IMG/VR virus record: IMGVR_UViG_3300009180_000026
DNA: 64,000 bases
From: a virus
Taxonomy: Duplodnaviria > Heunggongvirae > Uroviricota > Caudoviricetes
Strand: one strand, 5' to 3'
Below the pieces are notes generated by a model, which saw only the letters and a program-made list of their open reading frames with translations, did no database searches and was not told the origin of the DNA. Positions 1 through 9,754 of this stretch are shown in pieces. Both the position numbers and the translations under genes were made by a program. Within the stretch, counting starts at the first letter, position 1. Each line of letters opens with the position of its first letter.

Positions 1-901
1 ATGAAACAACTCTTTCTCTTAGTTTATTTATTACTTCTGGATCACCTTTTTTTGTTTTAAGTTCTAAGATTTTATCTTGTAGATATTTCTTCTGTAACAA
101 TGCTGATTTCTGATATTCATTAAATCCTTCATCTATCATTGAATGTAATTCATCTGTAGTTCTTCCTTTTAATTTATATCTTCCTGTAATACTTAATTGT
201 CTATAATCATTAGAATCTAGTCCAGATTGAAAAGCATTTAATATTTTATCTTTATCTTTTCCTTTAAGAAGAGTTTCAGCCATTACATCATTGTATTGTA
301 ACTTTCCATTTATAACAAGTGGGTTTCCATTAGCATCTGTTTTAAATAGCTGTTGAACTATTGTAGAATCTTCTCCTACAGATTTAGCAATCTCTCCAAG
401 TTTTTTAAATACATCTGTATAAGGAACATATTCTGCAGAAAAAGATGATCCTGCAGTGTTATCATTCATCCACTTACTAGCTTGTGTTGAAAAAAGATCT
501 TCATTAGCTACATCAGATTTACCTTCTTTCTTTTTAGCTTCCATTATACCAACTTGCTTTCTATATTTAGCTGTAGAGCTTACAGCATTCTGAACAGTTT
601 CATCTCTACCAATTTGTTTAGCCATTCCAGATACAGAATTCACTAATTGGAAGTTTGAGAAATCTCCTGCTGCTACATATTTCAAATTGTTCCCAAGCTC
701 ATTGAGTTTTGTTTGTAGATAGTTTTTATCTACGTCTTTCAACACGTCCATACCAGCAATGTTGTCAATACTTTGCTGTACCTTTTGAACACCTTGCTCA
801 TATTGAGCTTGCTTTTGCATACCCACCTTTACCATTGCCTCAACAGGAAGTGTTGATACATAGGGATTAAATTGTGTTATTGCGTCAGTATATGAAGCCA
901 T
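1..901 (-). CDS. virion-associated protein, 5'-partial; the gene starts at 901 and continues beyond the window start
   Basis: Manual minus-strand translation from the ATG at 901-899 (MASYTDAITQFNPYV...) stays open to position 1. Same strand and tight spacing as the downstream giant virion genes. Confidence 0.45.
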   Translation of the reverse strand, partial: MASYTDAITQFNPYVSTLPVEAMVKVGMQKQAQYEQGVQKVQQSIDNIAGMDVLKDVDKNYLQTKLNELGNNLKYVAAGDFSNFQLVNSVSGMAKQIGRDETVQNAVSSTAKYRKQVGIMEAKKKEGKSDVANEDLFSTQASKWMNDNTAGSSFSAEYVPYTDVFKKLGEIAKSVGEDSTIVQQLFKTDANGNPLVINGKLQYNDVMAETLLKGKDKDKILNAFQSGLDSNDYRQLSITGRYKLKGRTTDELHSMIDEGFNEYQKSALLQKKYLQDKILELKTKKGDPEVINKLRERVVS

Positions 902-987
902 ATTAAGTTTATTAACAAATGTAATTTAAAATATTATAACTACCAAAGGATGTAACAACTTTCGGTAATCTTGTGTAATTAGAATAA

Positions 988-3900
988 TTAGAAGTTTTTA
1001 AGAGCTCTTACGATAGAACCATTTCTAGCAGTCTCTTCTTTCTTTTTCTTTTTAAGAATTGTTTCATATTCATATCCTTCAGGAGCAGCTTGAGCAGACA
1101 CTTTACCATCTGCAGAAATATCAAACTGTGCTAGAGGATTGTAATTCTGTGCTCTACCAGATTTACCAAATCTATAGTTGTAAAGATTTTCATATATTTG
1201 GAGAGCATTATTTTCTGACTTGTTCTTAGCAATCTTATCAGACATAGATTTTTCTATTTCCATTGCTTGGGCTTTTGTATTAGATCTTGCTTGAGATTGT
1301 TTAGCAGCTTGATCAGCATATATTCCAAGGTTCTTAAGTTGAGCATCGTTCAATGTAGCAATGTTCTGATTGTACACACCCATTCTTTGAGCTTGGTTTT
1401 GTCTAAACTGTTCTCCTAACACTTTATTCTTCTCACCACTTGCTGTTGCTAATATAGATGCAGCAGCTGCAGGGTTTTGTCCAGCCATTCTTTCTGCAGC
1501 TCTTGCTTGTGCAGTTATTTCATTCAATTGATCCTGATAAGAAATGTCATATGGTGTTAATAGTTGAGGTTGGTATCCTTGAGCAAACACTGGTTCCACT
1601 TGATTCATTCCTGCAGCCATCATCTCAGGATAAAGATCTACATTATAGTCTGTATCACTAGGTCTTAAATAAGGAGCAAGTTGATTAAGTGCAGTCATCC
1701 AAGGATCTTGCTTAAGAGGTTGTACAGCAAGTGTAGTAGTTGGGCTAGTTGTTTCTGGGTAGTCTACAGCAGTAGGAGCTGTAACCTTTCCTTTAAATCT
1801 TGGAGCCTTATCTAATTGAGACATGTATTGTTCTGTTCTTTGGCCAAATATTTCATCTTCATTAGAAGCAAGATCTGCAGTTGTAAGCTTTTCCTTCTTA
1901 CCTTTAGTTGTAAGAGGTTCTCTACCTATCACTTTTTTTGCAAATTCTGGAGCAAGTCTATGGAACTCTTGTTGAAACTTAAGTACCTTATCACCCTTTT
2001 TTTGTGTCTTAGCCTCATCGTAAAGCTTCTTCAAGTATTCATAATCTTCTTGTTTTAATGCAGGAAGATTTGTTCCATCTTGTGCTTTGAATATTTCTTT
2101 ACCGTATTTAGCCATTTCTTTTTGTGCTTGTTTATCTATTTTAATTTTACCTTTAGCAAGAGCAACTACATCAACACCATGTTCATTAGCTGTATCATGA
2201 AGTGCAGTTTGTACACCAGCAGCATTTCTTTTTATTTGAGAATACCTTTCAAGATCTTTATTTGCTCCATATAAATTTGCCTTAAATGAATTCATTTCTA
2301 ATAGATCTGTTGGAGTGAATGATTTGAGATTGTTTAGCTTTTTTGTTGATTTTTCTATAAGCTTGTTTAATTTATTCTCTTGATGTGCAACATCAGCAAT
2401 ATAGTTTTTAAACTTCTTGTTCTGCATACTTTCTCTTACAGCTTTACTTGTTTCAGCTTTGAGATCAATCTTACTAAGAAACTGTTTAGGCATTATAAGA
2501 TCACCAAATACTAACATATTCTTTTCCCCTGTTTGAGGATCTTTCATCTCTATAGCAGGTTCACGTTTTTCTACTTCAACTTTTGCAGGAGCATTTTTAG
2601 AACCAAATTCTGCATAATCTGTATAGCTATCATGAATATCATTACCATAATCTACACCTATTCCTGTATGCCCATTACCATCAGATTCACTATGTGCACC
2701 CATACCAGGAAGACCTCTGAACATAACAGTCTCACTATCATCATGAGGATTATTTGAAATAGGTTCAGCATATCCACCCCATGTAGTTTTAAGAGAACCA
2801 CCAAAAGCATATTGATCTTGAGGATACATATTGTTCTGTGTAACACGTCCACCAGTTCTCAATGTATCCATCATAGGATCAGGTTTTAATAGATCACTCA
2901 CCTTATGTTCACCAAACTGTGTAATCACTTGTGGCAACCAATCATTGCTCACCCATCCATCTTCTGCATAAGGAATATCTCCACCGTTTCTTACATGAGC
3001 AGAATATTGAGATTGTAATCCTTGTCCCATAGAATACATTGCTGCTGTTTGTACATTACGTTTTGTTCTATTTTGAGCCTTTTCCATTTTCATTGGATTT
3101 CTATCTAATAGTCCTCCACCAATAGCTCCAACAGTTTGTCCAATTGCTTGACCTATAGCTTTTCCTGCAGGTCCTCCTACAGCCATTCCTATAGCTCCAC
3201 CAGCTGTTCCACCTATATCAGCACCCACTTCACCACCTGCATTATTTCCTGTTACACCTTGTCCAATCATTTGTCCTGCATTTCCTACAGTTGCCCAAGA
3301 AGGAGCTGGTATTCCACTACCTGCATTACCAAAATCTAATGCAGTCATACCACCTCCAGTTTGCATTCTATGTATAAGTCCACCAGCTCTGTATTGTTTT
3401 ACTATTTCAGAATCACTCAATGGTTCAAATCCAAGATCTTGATAGATGTCTCCAGGATTATACATGTTCTGTATCTCTGTTTGATTACCACCTATCTGCA
3501 TACCATCTTGTGCCTTAAGAATATTTGTATTTCTTCCTTGAGGATCATTAAGTTGTCCTGGTTGTATTACTTTATATGGATCATCTGGTCTATCATACAT
3601 ACGTCTTTTTTGTTCTGGTTGTGACAGAGCTGCTTGTAAACTAAGATCACTTACAGAAGCTTGTTGTTCTGCTGACTTTCTTGCTTCTTTTTCTGCTTTT
3701 AGTTTTTTAATACCCCCATACACTTTTCCTGCAAGACCTGTATATTTAGAGATTGCATCCATAGGATCTTTTTTAGGAAGATTTCCAGATCCTGCAATTT
3801 GTTGCTGTAAAGTTCCTGCATACATAGGATCTAACATTGGAGGATTTTGGTTTGGATTTAACATAGGAGTTTGTCCAGAAGCATCTAATGGAGGAAGTGT

Positions 3901-4428
3901 TCCATACATATATGGATTTGTTTGTGCTGCTTGCATTCCTGTCATAGTTCCACCTGCAGGACTATTTAATCCAAGACCAGTTTGTCCTTTAGGAACTTTC
4001 TTACCTTTTTTAGCCATTCCTGCTAGAGCACTAGCATCCATCCCTCCTTCACCACTACCAATCATTCCCATGATTTTAGAAACATCCATACCACCCCCAC
4101 CTCCACCAGCAGCAGGTTTTTTTGCAGCTTGTTGAGCTTGTTGTGCAGCTTGTGCTTGAGCTTGTCTTTGGGCATTTGTAGAACCTGTCATTTGAAGATC
4201 GTAAGAATCATAGGCATTTTGAAAGTTGAGAGGTTGAGGATTATATACATTTTCTCCTCCTGTATAAGAACCTATACCATCTTGTGCTTTGGGAGCTATG
4301 GCTTTACCAAGTTTAGCTTTTTTAAACTCTTTGCCATGTACTTTCATAAAGGCTTCTTCAGAAGGATACTTCTTGTAGAATTCTTTCTCATTCTTAACAC
4401 CAGCGATTTTTAAGATTTCTGCTTTCAT
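988..4428 (-). CDS. large virion protein (1146 aa); tape-measure or internal ejection protein candidate
   Basis: Long ORF with poly-Gly and Gly-rich segments (GGGGGG; AGQMIGQGVTGNNAGGEVGADIGGTAGGAIG) and a C-terminal coiled-coil, K/E-rich half. Position at the distal end of the structural arm. Confidence 0.5.
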   Translation of the reverse strand: MKAEILKIAGVKNEKEFYKKYPSEEAFMKVHGKEFKKAKLGKAIAPKAQDGIGSYTGGENVYNPQPLNFQNAYDSYDLQMTGSTNAQRQAQAQAAQQAQQAAKKPAAGGGGGGMDVSKIMGMIGSGEGGMDASALAGMAKKGKKVPKGQTGLGLNSPAGGTMTGMQAAQTNPYMYGTLPPLDASGQTPMLNPNQNPPMLDPMYAGTLQQQIAGSGNLPKKDPMDAISKYTGLAGKVYGGIKKLKAEKEARKSAEQQASVSDLSLQAALSQPEQKRRMYDRPDDPYKVIQPGQLNDPQGRNTNILKAQDGMQIGGNQTEIQNMYNPGDIYQDLGFEPLSDSEIVKQYRAGGLIHRMQTGGGMTALDFGNAGSGIPAPSWATVGNAGQMIGQGVTGNNAGGEVGADIGGTAGGAIGMAVGGPAGKAIGQAIGQTVGAIGGGLLDRNPMKMEKAQNRTKRNVQTAAMYSMGQGLQSQYSAHVRNGGDIPYAEDGWVSNDWLPQVITQFGEHKVSDLLKPDPMMDTLRTGGRVTQNNMYPQDQYAFGGSLKTTWGGYAEPISNNPHDDSETVMFRGLPGMGAHSESDGNGHTGIGVDYGNDIHDSYTDYAEFGSKNAPAKVEVEKREPAIEMKDPQTGEKNMLVFGDLIMPKQFLSKIDLKAETSKAVRESMQNKKFKNYIADVAHQENKLNKLIEKSTKKLNNLKSFTPTDLLEMNSFKANLYGANKDLERYSQIKRNAAGVQTALHDTANEHGVDVVALAKGKIKIDKQAQKEMAKYGKEIFKAQDGTNLPALKQEDYEYLKKLYDEAKTQKKGDKVLKFQQEFHRLAPEFAKKVIGREPLTTKGKKEKLTTADLASNEDEIFGQRTEQYMSQLDKAPRFKGKVTAPTAVDYPETTSPTTTLAVQPLKQDPWMTALNQLAPYLRPSDTDYNVDLYPEMMAAGMNQVEPVFAQGYQPQLLTPYDISYQDQLNEITAQARAAERMAGQNPAAAASILATASGEKNKVLGEQFRQNQAQRMGVYNQNIATLNDAQLKNLGIYADQAAKQSQARSNTKAQAMEIEKSMSDKIAKNKSENNALQIYENLYNYRFGKSGRAQNYNPLAQFDISADGKVSAQAAPEGYEYETILKKKKKEETARNGSIVRALKNF

Positions 4429-4429
4429 A

Positions 4430-7400
4430 TTAGTTGTATTTATCTAACCATCCACCTTTGGTTGGTTTGTTATAGTTTGTGAAATTGGTTAATTGATCTA
4501 GTTGCTCAATGACTTTCTCATCCTGTTGATTTATACCATTCTTTCCTACAGGGTATTCTTTGACTTTCTTACCTTTGAATTTATAATTTTTTCCTGGTGT
4601 CATATATTTAACATCTCCTTCATCTGATATTCCTAATAGAGGTTGATTAACACCTTGCATTGTTATATCTGGAGAATCTATTTCCACCACCTTTCCCCAG
4701 TTATCAGGATTCCAATATCCATTATCATCTTTTACTACACCACCTTCTTTCTTTTGGTTTAACGCTCCTGAAATAAGTCCTGATCCAATACCAACACCTG
4801 CTGCAGTTTGTCCAATCTTTTTCCAATCTAAAACTCTAGGTGCTGGTGTATATGTACCAAAACTTAAAGTTTCAGCAAGTGGATCACGTCCTTGACTAAT
4901 AGCATTTTTAATGCTTTCATAGTTAGGATTGTATGTTGGTCCACCAGAAGGTTTAGTAAAATATTGTTTAGGGTTTGTAAACATTTCACTATTTCCAAAT
5001 AAAGACGATTGTTTAGGACTTTGTCCAATAGATTTAAACTTAGATACAAGTCCTCTTGGTTCTAATAATTCATTTATAGATGGTGTATGACCATATTGTC
5101 TATTTAACCAATACCTTGTATTAGAATCAAATAATTGCCCTGTCTCAGCATCAAAAAGTATTCCCTTTCCTTGGTCTAAAGGAATTTTAGGACCAAGTTT
5201 AGGAACTCTTTTATAAAGAAAATCTTCAGCACGACTTATTCCTAAATCTTTTCTTAAGTTACTCATCTTATGAGAGACATCTTCAAAAGATCTACCTGGC
5301 ACAAGTCTATCTGCAACATTAGCTGTATAAAACTCATCTGCTTTAGTAATAGGATTATATCTACTTAATAGTTTACTTTCACTAACTGCTTCTCCAAGAT
5401 ATGTAGGTGCTGAAGGTTTTATAAAATTACCTACTTTAGAAAGAAGTCCAGTTTCTACAGACTCAGCTATGATGGGTTTTAATAAATTATATCCAGCACC
5501 AACTAACTCACTTGCTCCTGTTATATAACCTGCAGCTTCTAAAGATCCCATTATATGATCTACAGATTTTTGTTGTCTTTCTCCCATGAAGTTGGCAGGT
5601 TCTCCTGTATATGTCATGTTAGGATTTACAGCAGACGTAGTTCCTGTTTGTTCATCATATACAACATTAGGCATATTGCTAACTGCTTGCTGAGTAAGTG
5701 TTTTTCTTCTAGCTTCTGATTCTTTTGTAGTAGCTTGTCCTTGATTTATAGTTGCTTGATTACTAAATTCTCCAATATGGAAATTTTGTCTGTGAGCTCT
5801 ATCTGTAGCTTCTTTTACTTCTTGACTTCTAGTTTTATATGGAGTTCCTACTGATTTTTTTTGAGGATTGAGTACAGTGTTTATTGTATTTTTAAATGCA
5901 TTAGCTTGTTCTGGAGTTTGACCAGAAGCATTTACACAAACACCAAATGCATTTTTAGTAAAATAAGGAGGACACCCATCCATAATAGAACCACCTGGAC
6001 CATACTTATCTAACCGTTTACCATTCTTACTAATACTCTTTGGTTTCCAATCTAGTCCATTTTGATAATAAGTCATACCATACTTTGCAACTGTAGATTG
6101 ATTACTATTATTTTTAACAACATCCCTATTTAAATTTCTTAGCTTTTCTGGATCATTTCCTATAATTTCAAAAAGCTGTTTTATATTCCAATCAAAGTTG
6201 GGATCAAGTTCTTTACCTTTTTCTTTAGGGGTTGGTCTACTGTTAAAGTCATCCATTATTTCCTGCATGTCTTCTGTAGTGTATTCTTTATTAGGATCTA
6301 TACCATATCTCTTTCTAAACTGATATAATCTAGCTAACTTTTCATCTTCATTTACAAGATCATAATTTTCATATGGATCTAATAAATCATTCTGCGCAAG
6401 GATATTTGGAATATCTTCTTGTGGAGCTAAATTACTTAAACCATGTAATTCTTCATGAAGAATATTTGAAGTTTGTATACCAGTAGGATCAGAACTAACA
6501 TCAACAATCGGAGTGTAGTTATTAGGATAAAATCCATAAATACCATATGCCTCTCTTGTTCTTAATAAATCAGGATCACCCTCAACTTTTAATTTTTGTA
6601 AAGCATCAAGTCTTTTATTAGCAAGATCTGTAAACTTTGGATCTTTAGCTCTTCCTGTATACCAATTTTGTAACCAATCTTTTGCAGCAGATTCACCTTC
6701 TTCCATACTTTGTACTTGAGGTGTTTCTGTTATATTAACTCCAGTTTGTGCTGAAGGCCTTGTCTTCTTTGCATAAGGACCATTAGAAGGAGCACCTGTA
6801 CGTGCATACATGAATCCTGTAGAACCAGGAAGAGAACCACCCATTGCATAATAAAGAGGAGAAGGTCTATTAACTCCAGATGTATATCTACTTGCATCTA
6901 AATGCTCAGGTCTATTAGGTTCTTCAGCAAACAGTCTAGAATAATAACTAGGACCATATGTAGAAGCTGTTTGTTTAGATGGTTGATACCCAGCATCATT
7001 AGTCCAGTTACCGCCATAGAATCCATCTACACCATGATAGTTAGATTGGTTACTAAATGTAGGATGATTTGGTTTTTTCCATGTATCAGTTCCATGATTA
7101 TCTTGATCCATCTTTTTATAATCACCAGACTTCCAAAAACCTTGTACATCATATGCACCCTTGTCCATCATAATATCTCTACCCTGTCTTTCAGATTCTT
7201 TAGCTACCCATTCATTAAACTCTTTCTGTTCTTTTTTAGTTAATGATGTATTGAATCTATCTGTATACATCATTTCAGGATCTTGTTCTGGTAAAAAAGA
7301 TAACCCTTCCTGTGCCTGTAGAATATTACCACCATATTTTTTCTTTTCTTTTTTTCTTTTACTCAAATCGTAATAAGAACTAATATTTGAATTTAAATTA

Positions 7401-8533
7401 ACATTAGCTTTACTATCTCTTTCTCTAAGTGTTTGCACAAAAGCATCTCTTTCTTCAGCTGTTGCAAATCCTCTATCCACACCTTGTTGTGTATCATAAT
7501 CTGTATATCCCACCATATAAGGACCAGACATGTTTACATTTGGAATATTTAGTTTAGGAAATGTTCTTTGTTGTATCTGCATTCCTTCAGAAGGTTCTCC
7601 CATAGGAAGTTTAGTAGCAGGTACAAATGGTCTTGGTTTTAATGTAGGTTCTGGTTTAGGGATTGGTTTGTCAAATACAAAAATATCTCCAGACATTCTT
7701 CCTGTTTTGTTACCAACTTTAATAGTAGGATTTTGTGGTGTTTTTGGTTTAGGTTTTTGTGGAGTTTCTTCTTTTTTCTTTAAAGCAGGAGGAGGAATTG
7801 GTTGAGAAGTTTTTTTACCATATTTATTATTCCACTCTATCTTTTCTTTAGGAGTTCTTAAAATATATGGTTTAACTGCAAGAGGATCATATCCATAAAA
7901 ACTTACTTGATCTCCAAAAAGAATATTTGATTTCCAACCATTACCTCTATCTATATTTTCAAAATTATAATTTATTGTAGGATTTATTCTTGTATCATAT
8001 CTTGCAAATGGAGCATCTAAATCAAGAATAGTATTTGCAGATTCTCTTTTTCTATATTGATATGGATTAAATCTTCCATAATATTCAGACAGTTTAAAAT
8101 CTTTATCACCAAGACCTTCTCTACTATATAAACTTGATCTATTGGTAGTAAAAGGAAAAGAGTTTTTTAATCTTTCTTTTACCCGATTTACATCATCCAT
8201 ATTAGACTTTGTAATATCACGAGAAGTTTTATTAGGAATAATATCAGATCCAGTATTTTTATATTTTTTCTTATTCCCATAATAGTCTAAAAGAGCTAAT
8301 GTATTATTATAAAGAACAAGACTATCTCCTTCTGTAGGTTCTGGAATGATCTTACCAAACTGAGCTTGTGGTATATATCCACCTTCTTTAAACTGTCCAC
8401 CCCATGCAGGAGAAAAATCTCTACCTACATTACTATATCCTTCTCCCATCCATTCCTTAGGAGCAGAAGAATATCCTTCATTAGCGTTTATTTCTTCACT
8501 ATATTTATCTAACCAACCTTTTTGCTTAGCCAT
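4430..8533 (-). CDS. giant virion protein (1367 aa), function unknown; cargo, ejection or baseplate candidate
   Basis: Uninterrupted 4.1-kb ORF. A 'KGGWLDKY' motif occurs at both the N-terminus (AKQKGWLDKYS) and the C-terminus (TKGGWLDKYN). The start overlaps the upstream gene stop (ATGA). Confidence 0.5.
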   Translation of the reverse strand: MAKQKGWLDKYSEEINANEGYSSAPKEWMGEGYSNVGRDFSPAWGGQFKEGGYIPQAQFGKIIPEPTEGDSLVLYNNTLALLDYYGNKKKYKNTGSDIIPNKTSRDITKSNMDDVNRVKERLKNSFPFTTNRSSLYSREGLGDKDFKLSEYYGRFNPYQYRKRESANTILDLDAPFARYDTRINPTINYNFENIDRGNGWKSNILFGDQVSFYGYDPLAVKPYILRTPKEKIEWNNKYGKKTSQPIPPPALKKKEETPQKPKPKTPQNPTIKVGNKTGRMSGDIFVFDKPIPKPEPTLKPRPFVPATKLPMGEPSEGMQIQQRTFPKLNIPNVNMSGPYMVGYTDYDTQQGVDRGFATAEERDAFVQTLRERDSKANVNLNSNISSYYDLSKRKKEKKKYGGNILQAQEGLSFLPEQDPEMMYTDRFNTSLTKKEQKEFNEWVAKESERQGRDIMMDKGAYDVQGFWKSGDYKKMDQDNHGTDTWKKPNHPTFSNQSNYHGVDGFYGGNWTNDAGYQPSKQTASTYGPSYYSRLFAEEPNRPEHLDASRYTSGVNRPSPLYYAMGGSLPGSTGFMYARTGAPSNGPYAKKTRPSAQTGVNITETPQVQSMEEGESAAKDWLQNWYTGRAKDPKFTDLANKRLDALQKLKVEGDPDLLRTREAYGIYGFYPNNYTPIVDVSSDPTGIQTSNILHEELHGLSNLAPQEDIPNILAQNDLLDPYENYDLVNEDEKLARLYQFRKRYGIDPNKEYTTEDMQEIMDDFNSRPTPKEKGKELDPNFDWNIKQLFEIIGNDPEKLRNLNRDVVKNNSNQSTVAKYGMTYYQNGLDWKPKSISKNGKRLDKYGPGGSIMDGCPPYFTKNAFGVCVNASGQTPEQANAFKNTINTVLNPQKKSVGTPYKTRSQEVKEATDRAHRQNFHIGEFSNQATINQGQATTKESEARRKTLTQQAVSNMPNVVYDEQTGTTSAVNPNMTYTGEPANFMGERQQKSVDHIMGSLEAAGYITGASELVGAGYNLLKPIIAESVETGLLSKVGNFIKPSAPTYLGEAVSESKLLSRYNPITKADEFYTANVADRLVPGRSFEDVSHKMSNLRKDLGISRAEDFLYKRVPKLGPKIPLDQGKGILFDAETGQLFDSNTRYWLNRQYGHTPSINELLEPRGLVSKFKSIGQSPKQSSLFGNSEMFTNPKQYFTKPSGGPTYNPNYESIKNAISQGRDPLAETLSFGTYTPAPRVLDWKKIGQTAAGVGIGSGLISGALNQKKEGGVVKDDNGYWNPDNWGKVVEIDSPDITMQGVNQPLLGISDEGDVKYMTPGKNYKFKGKKVKEYPVGKNGINQQDEKVIEQLDQLTNFTNYNKPTKGGWLDKYN

Positions 8534-9420
8534 TATTTGTAAGAGATTTGAGATGGAACAATAATGAATTGAGAGACTAAGTGTGCATCACTTCTATTAT
8601 CAAGGATGTGTCTCACTCTAAGATCTTTTGCTCTTAGGGGTTCCTTTTTAAATGAACGTTTACCATAGTCCATATTTACTTGATTTACAATTTTATCTAT
8701 AGAAAGACTCTCACAACTTGTTATAAATAGTGGGAGAGATTTGTTTTTAACCAATCCCCAGAAAGTGTTGTATTGATAGAAGTTATCACTCTTAGTGTAG
8801 GTTATGGTTTTACTTTCTGTGCTGTATATTGGATAGGATAGATAGGTGTTTAGATTGTGCATTGGTTTAGCAACAAGTTCTAATACACCTGTAGACTGTT
8901 GTCCATTGTATAGAACAGCTTTGTTAAACCATCTATCATCTGTTTCTATTTTAGCATTATCATTGAACACACCATCAGGAATATTAATGTATTTATATGC
9001 CTTTGTATAATCTTTTATATTCTGTAAGATTTCATCTTGGAACTTATATGAAAAAGGATATTCTATTATGTATGGTTCTACTGTTCCATAATAGTAGTTA
9101 TAGTTTACAATGTCTGTAAGGTGTCTCCAAATACATCCTGTATTAATTTCTTTGTATTCGATAGTAGTTAGCTGGTCACGTGTGAGTTGTGTTACACTGA
9201 TGTATTTTGTTATTTTACACTTTCCTGTAGATTGTAGAATTATTACTTTTACATTGTTTCCAACACTATAAGCCACTCCTAATATAAGCTTTGATTTAGG
9301 TACATCAGTGGCAATAACATTTCCTTGATCATCCGTGATTGTGAATGGTCCAAGAAGTCTATTACTACTAGAAGTTAATCTTATAAGAATTGTTTGAGAC
9401 ATATTATAATTGTTTTGCAA
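8533..9420 (-). CDS. structural protein (295 aa), unknown
   Basis: ORF in the compact minus-strand structural operon, translationally coupled to its neighbours. Confidence 0.4.
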   Translation of the reverse strand: MQNNYNMSQTILIRLTSSSNRLLGPFTITDDQGNVIATDVPKSKLILGVAYSVGNNVKVIILQSTGKCKITKYISVTQLTRDQLTTIEYKEINTGCIWRHLTDIVNYNYYYGTVEPYIIEYPFSYKFQDEILQNIKDYTKAYKYINIPDGVFNDNAKIETDDRWFNKAVLYNGQQSTGVLELVAKPMHNLNTYLSYPIYSTESKTITYTKSDNFYQYNTFWGLVKNKSLPLFITSCESLSIDKIVNQVNMDYGKRSFKKEPLRAKDLRVRHILDNRSDAHLVSQFIIVPSQISYK

Positions 9421-9742
9421 AGCCTTCTAATCCACATTTATATTGAACTGTTGTAGATGTGGTGGTTGTTGTAATTATTGGTTTGCTTGTTGTTGTTGTT
9501 GATGTGGTTGCAGGAAGCTCATTTACAGCAATAGCTTCAAGATCATCACAACACCCATTCACTCCTGAATAGAAGAAGTTATTCTCAGCTATATAAAAGT
9601 TAGGAATATAACTGTGGAATGAAATCCAACTCTTTGTATTAAAATTAAAAGAAAGAGTCCATGATTTGTTACAGAAGTATTCAGGATCTGTAATCTTAAC
9701 CACTGTTCTTTTTATAATCGGTGTACAATTTCTATTTGCCAT
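9404..9742 (-). CDS. small structural protein with a Thr-rich linker
   Basis: ORF containing TTSTTTTSKPIITTTTTSTT low-complexity linker. Lies between the two giant genes. Confidence 0.35.
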   Translation of the reverse strand: MANRNCTPIIKRTVVKITDPEYFCNKSWTLSFNFNTKSWISFHSYIPNFYIAENNFFYSGVNGCCDDLEAIAVNELPATTSTTTTSKPIITTTTTSTTVQYKCGLEGFAKQL

Positions 9743-9754
9743 TTTAATTTTTTA

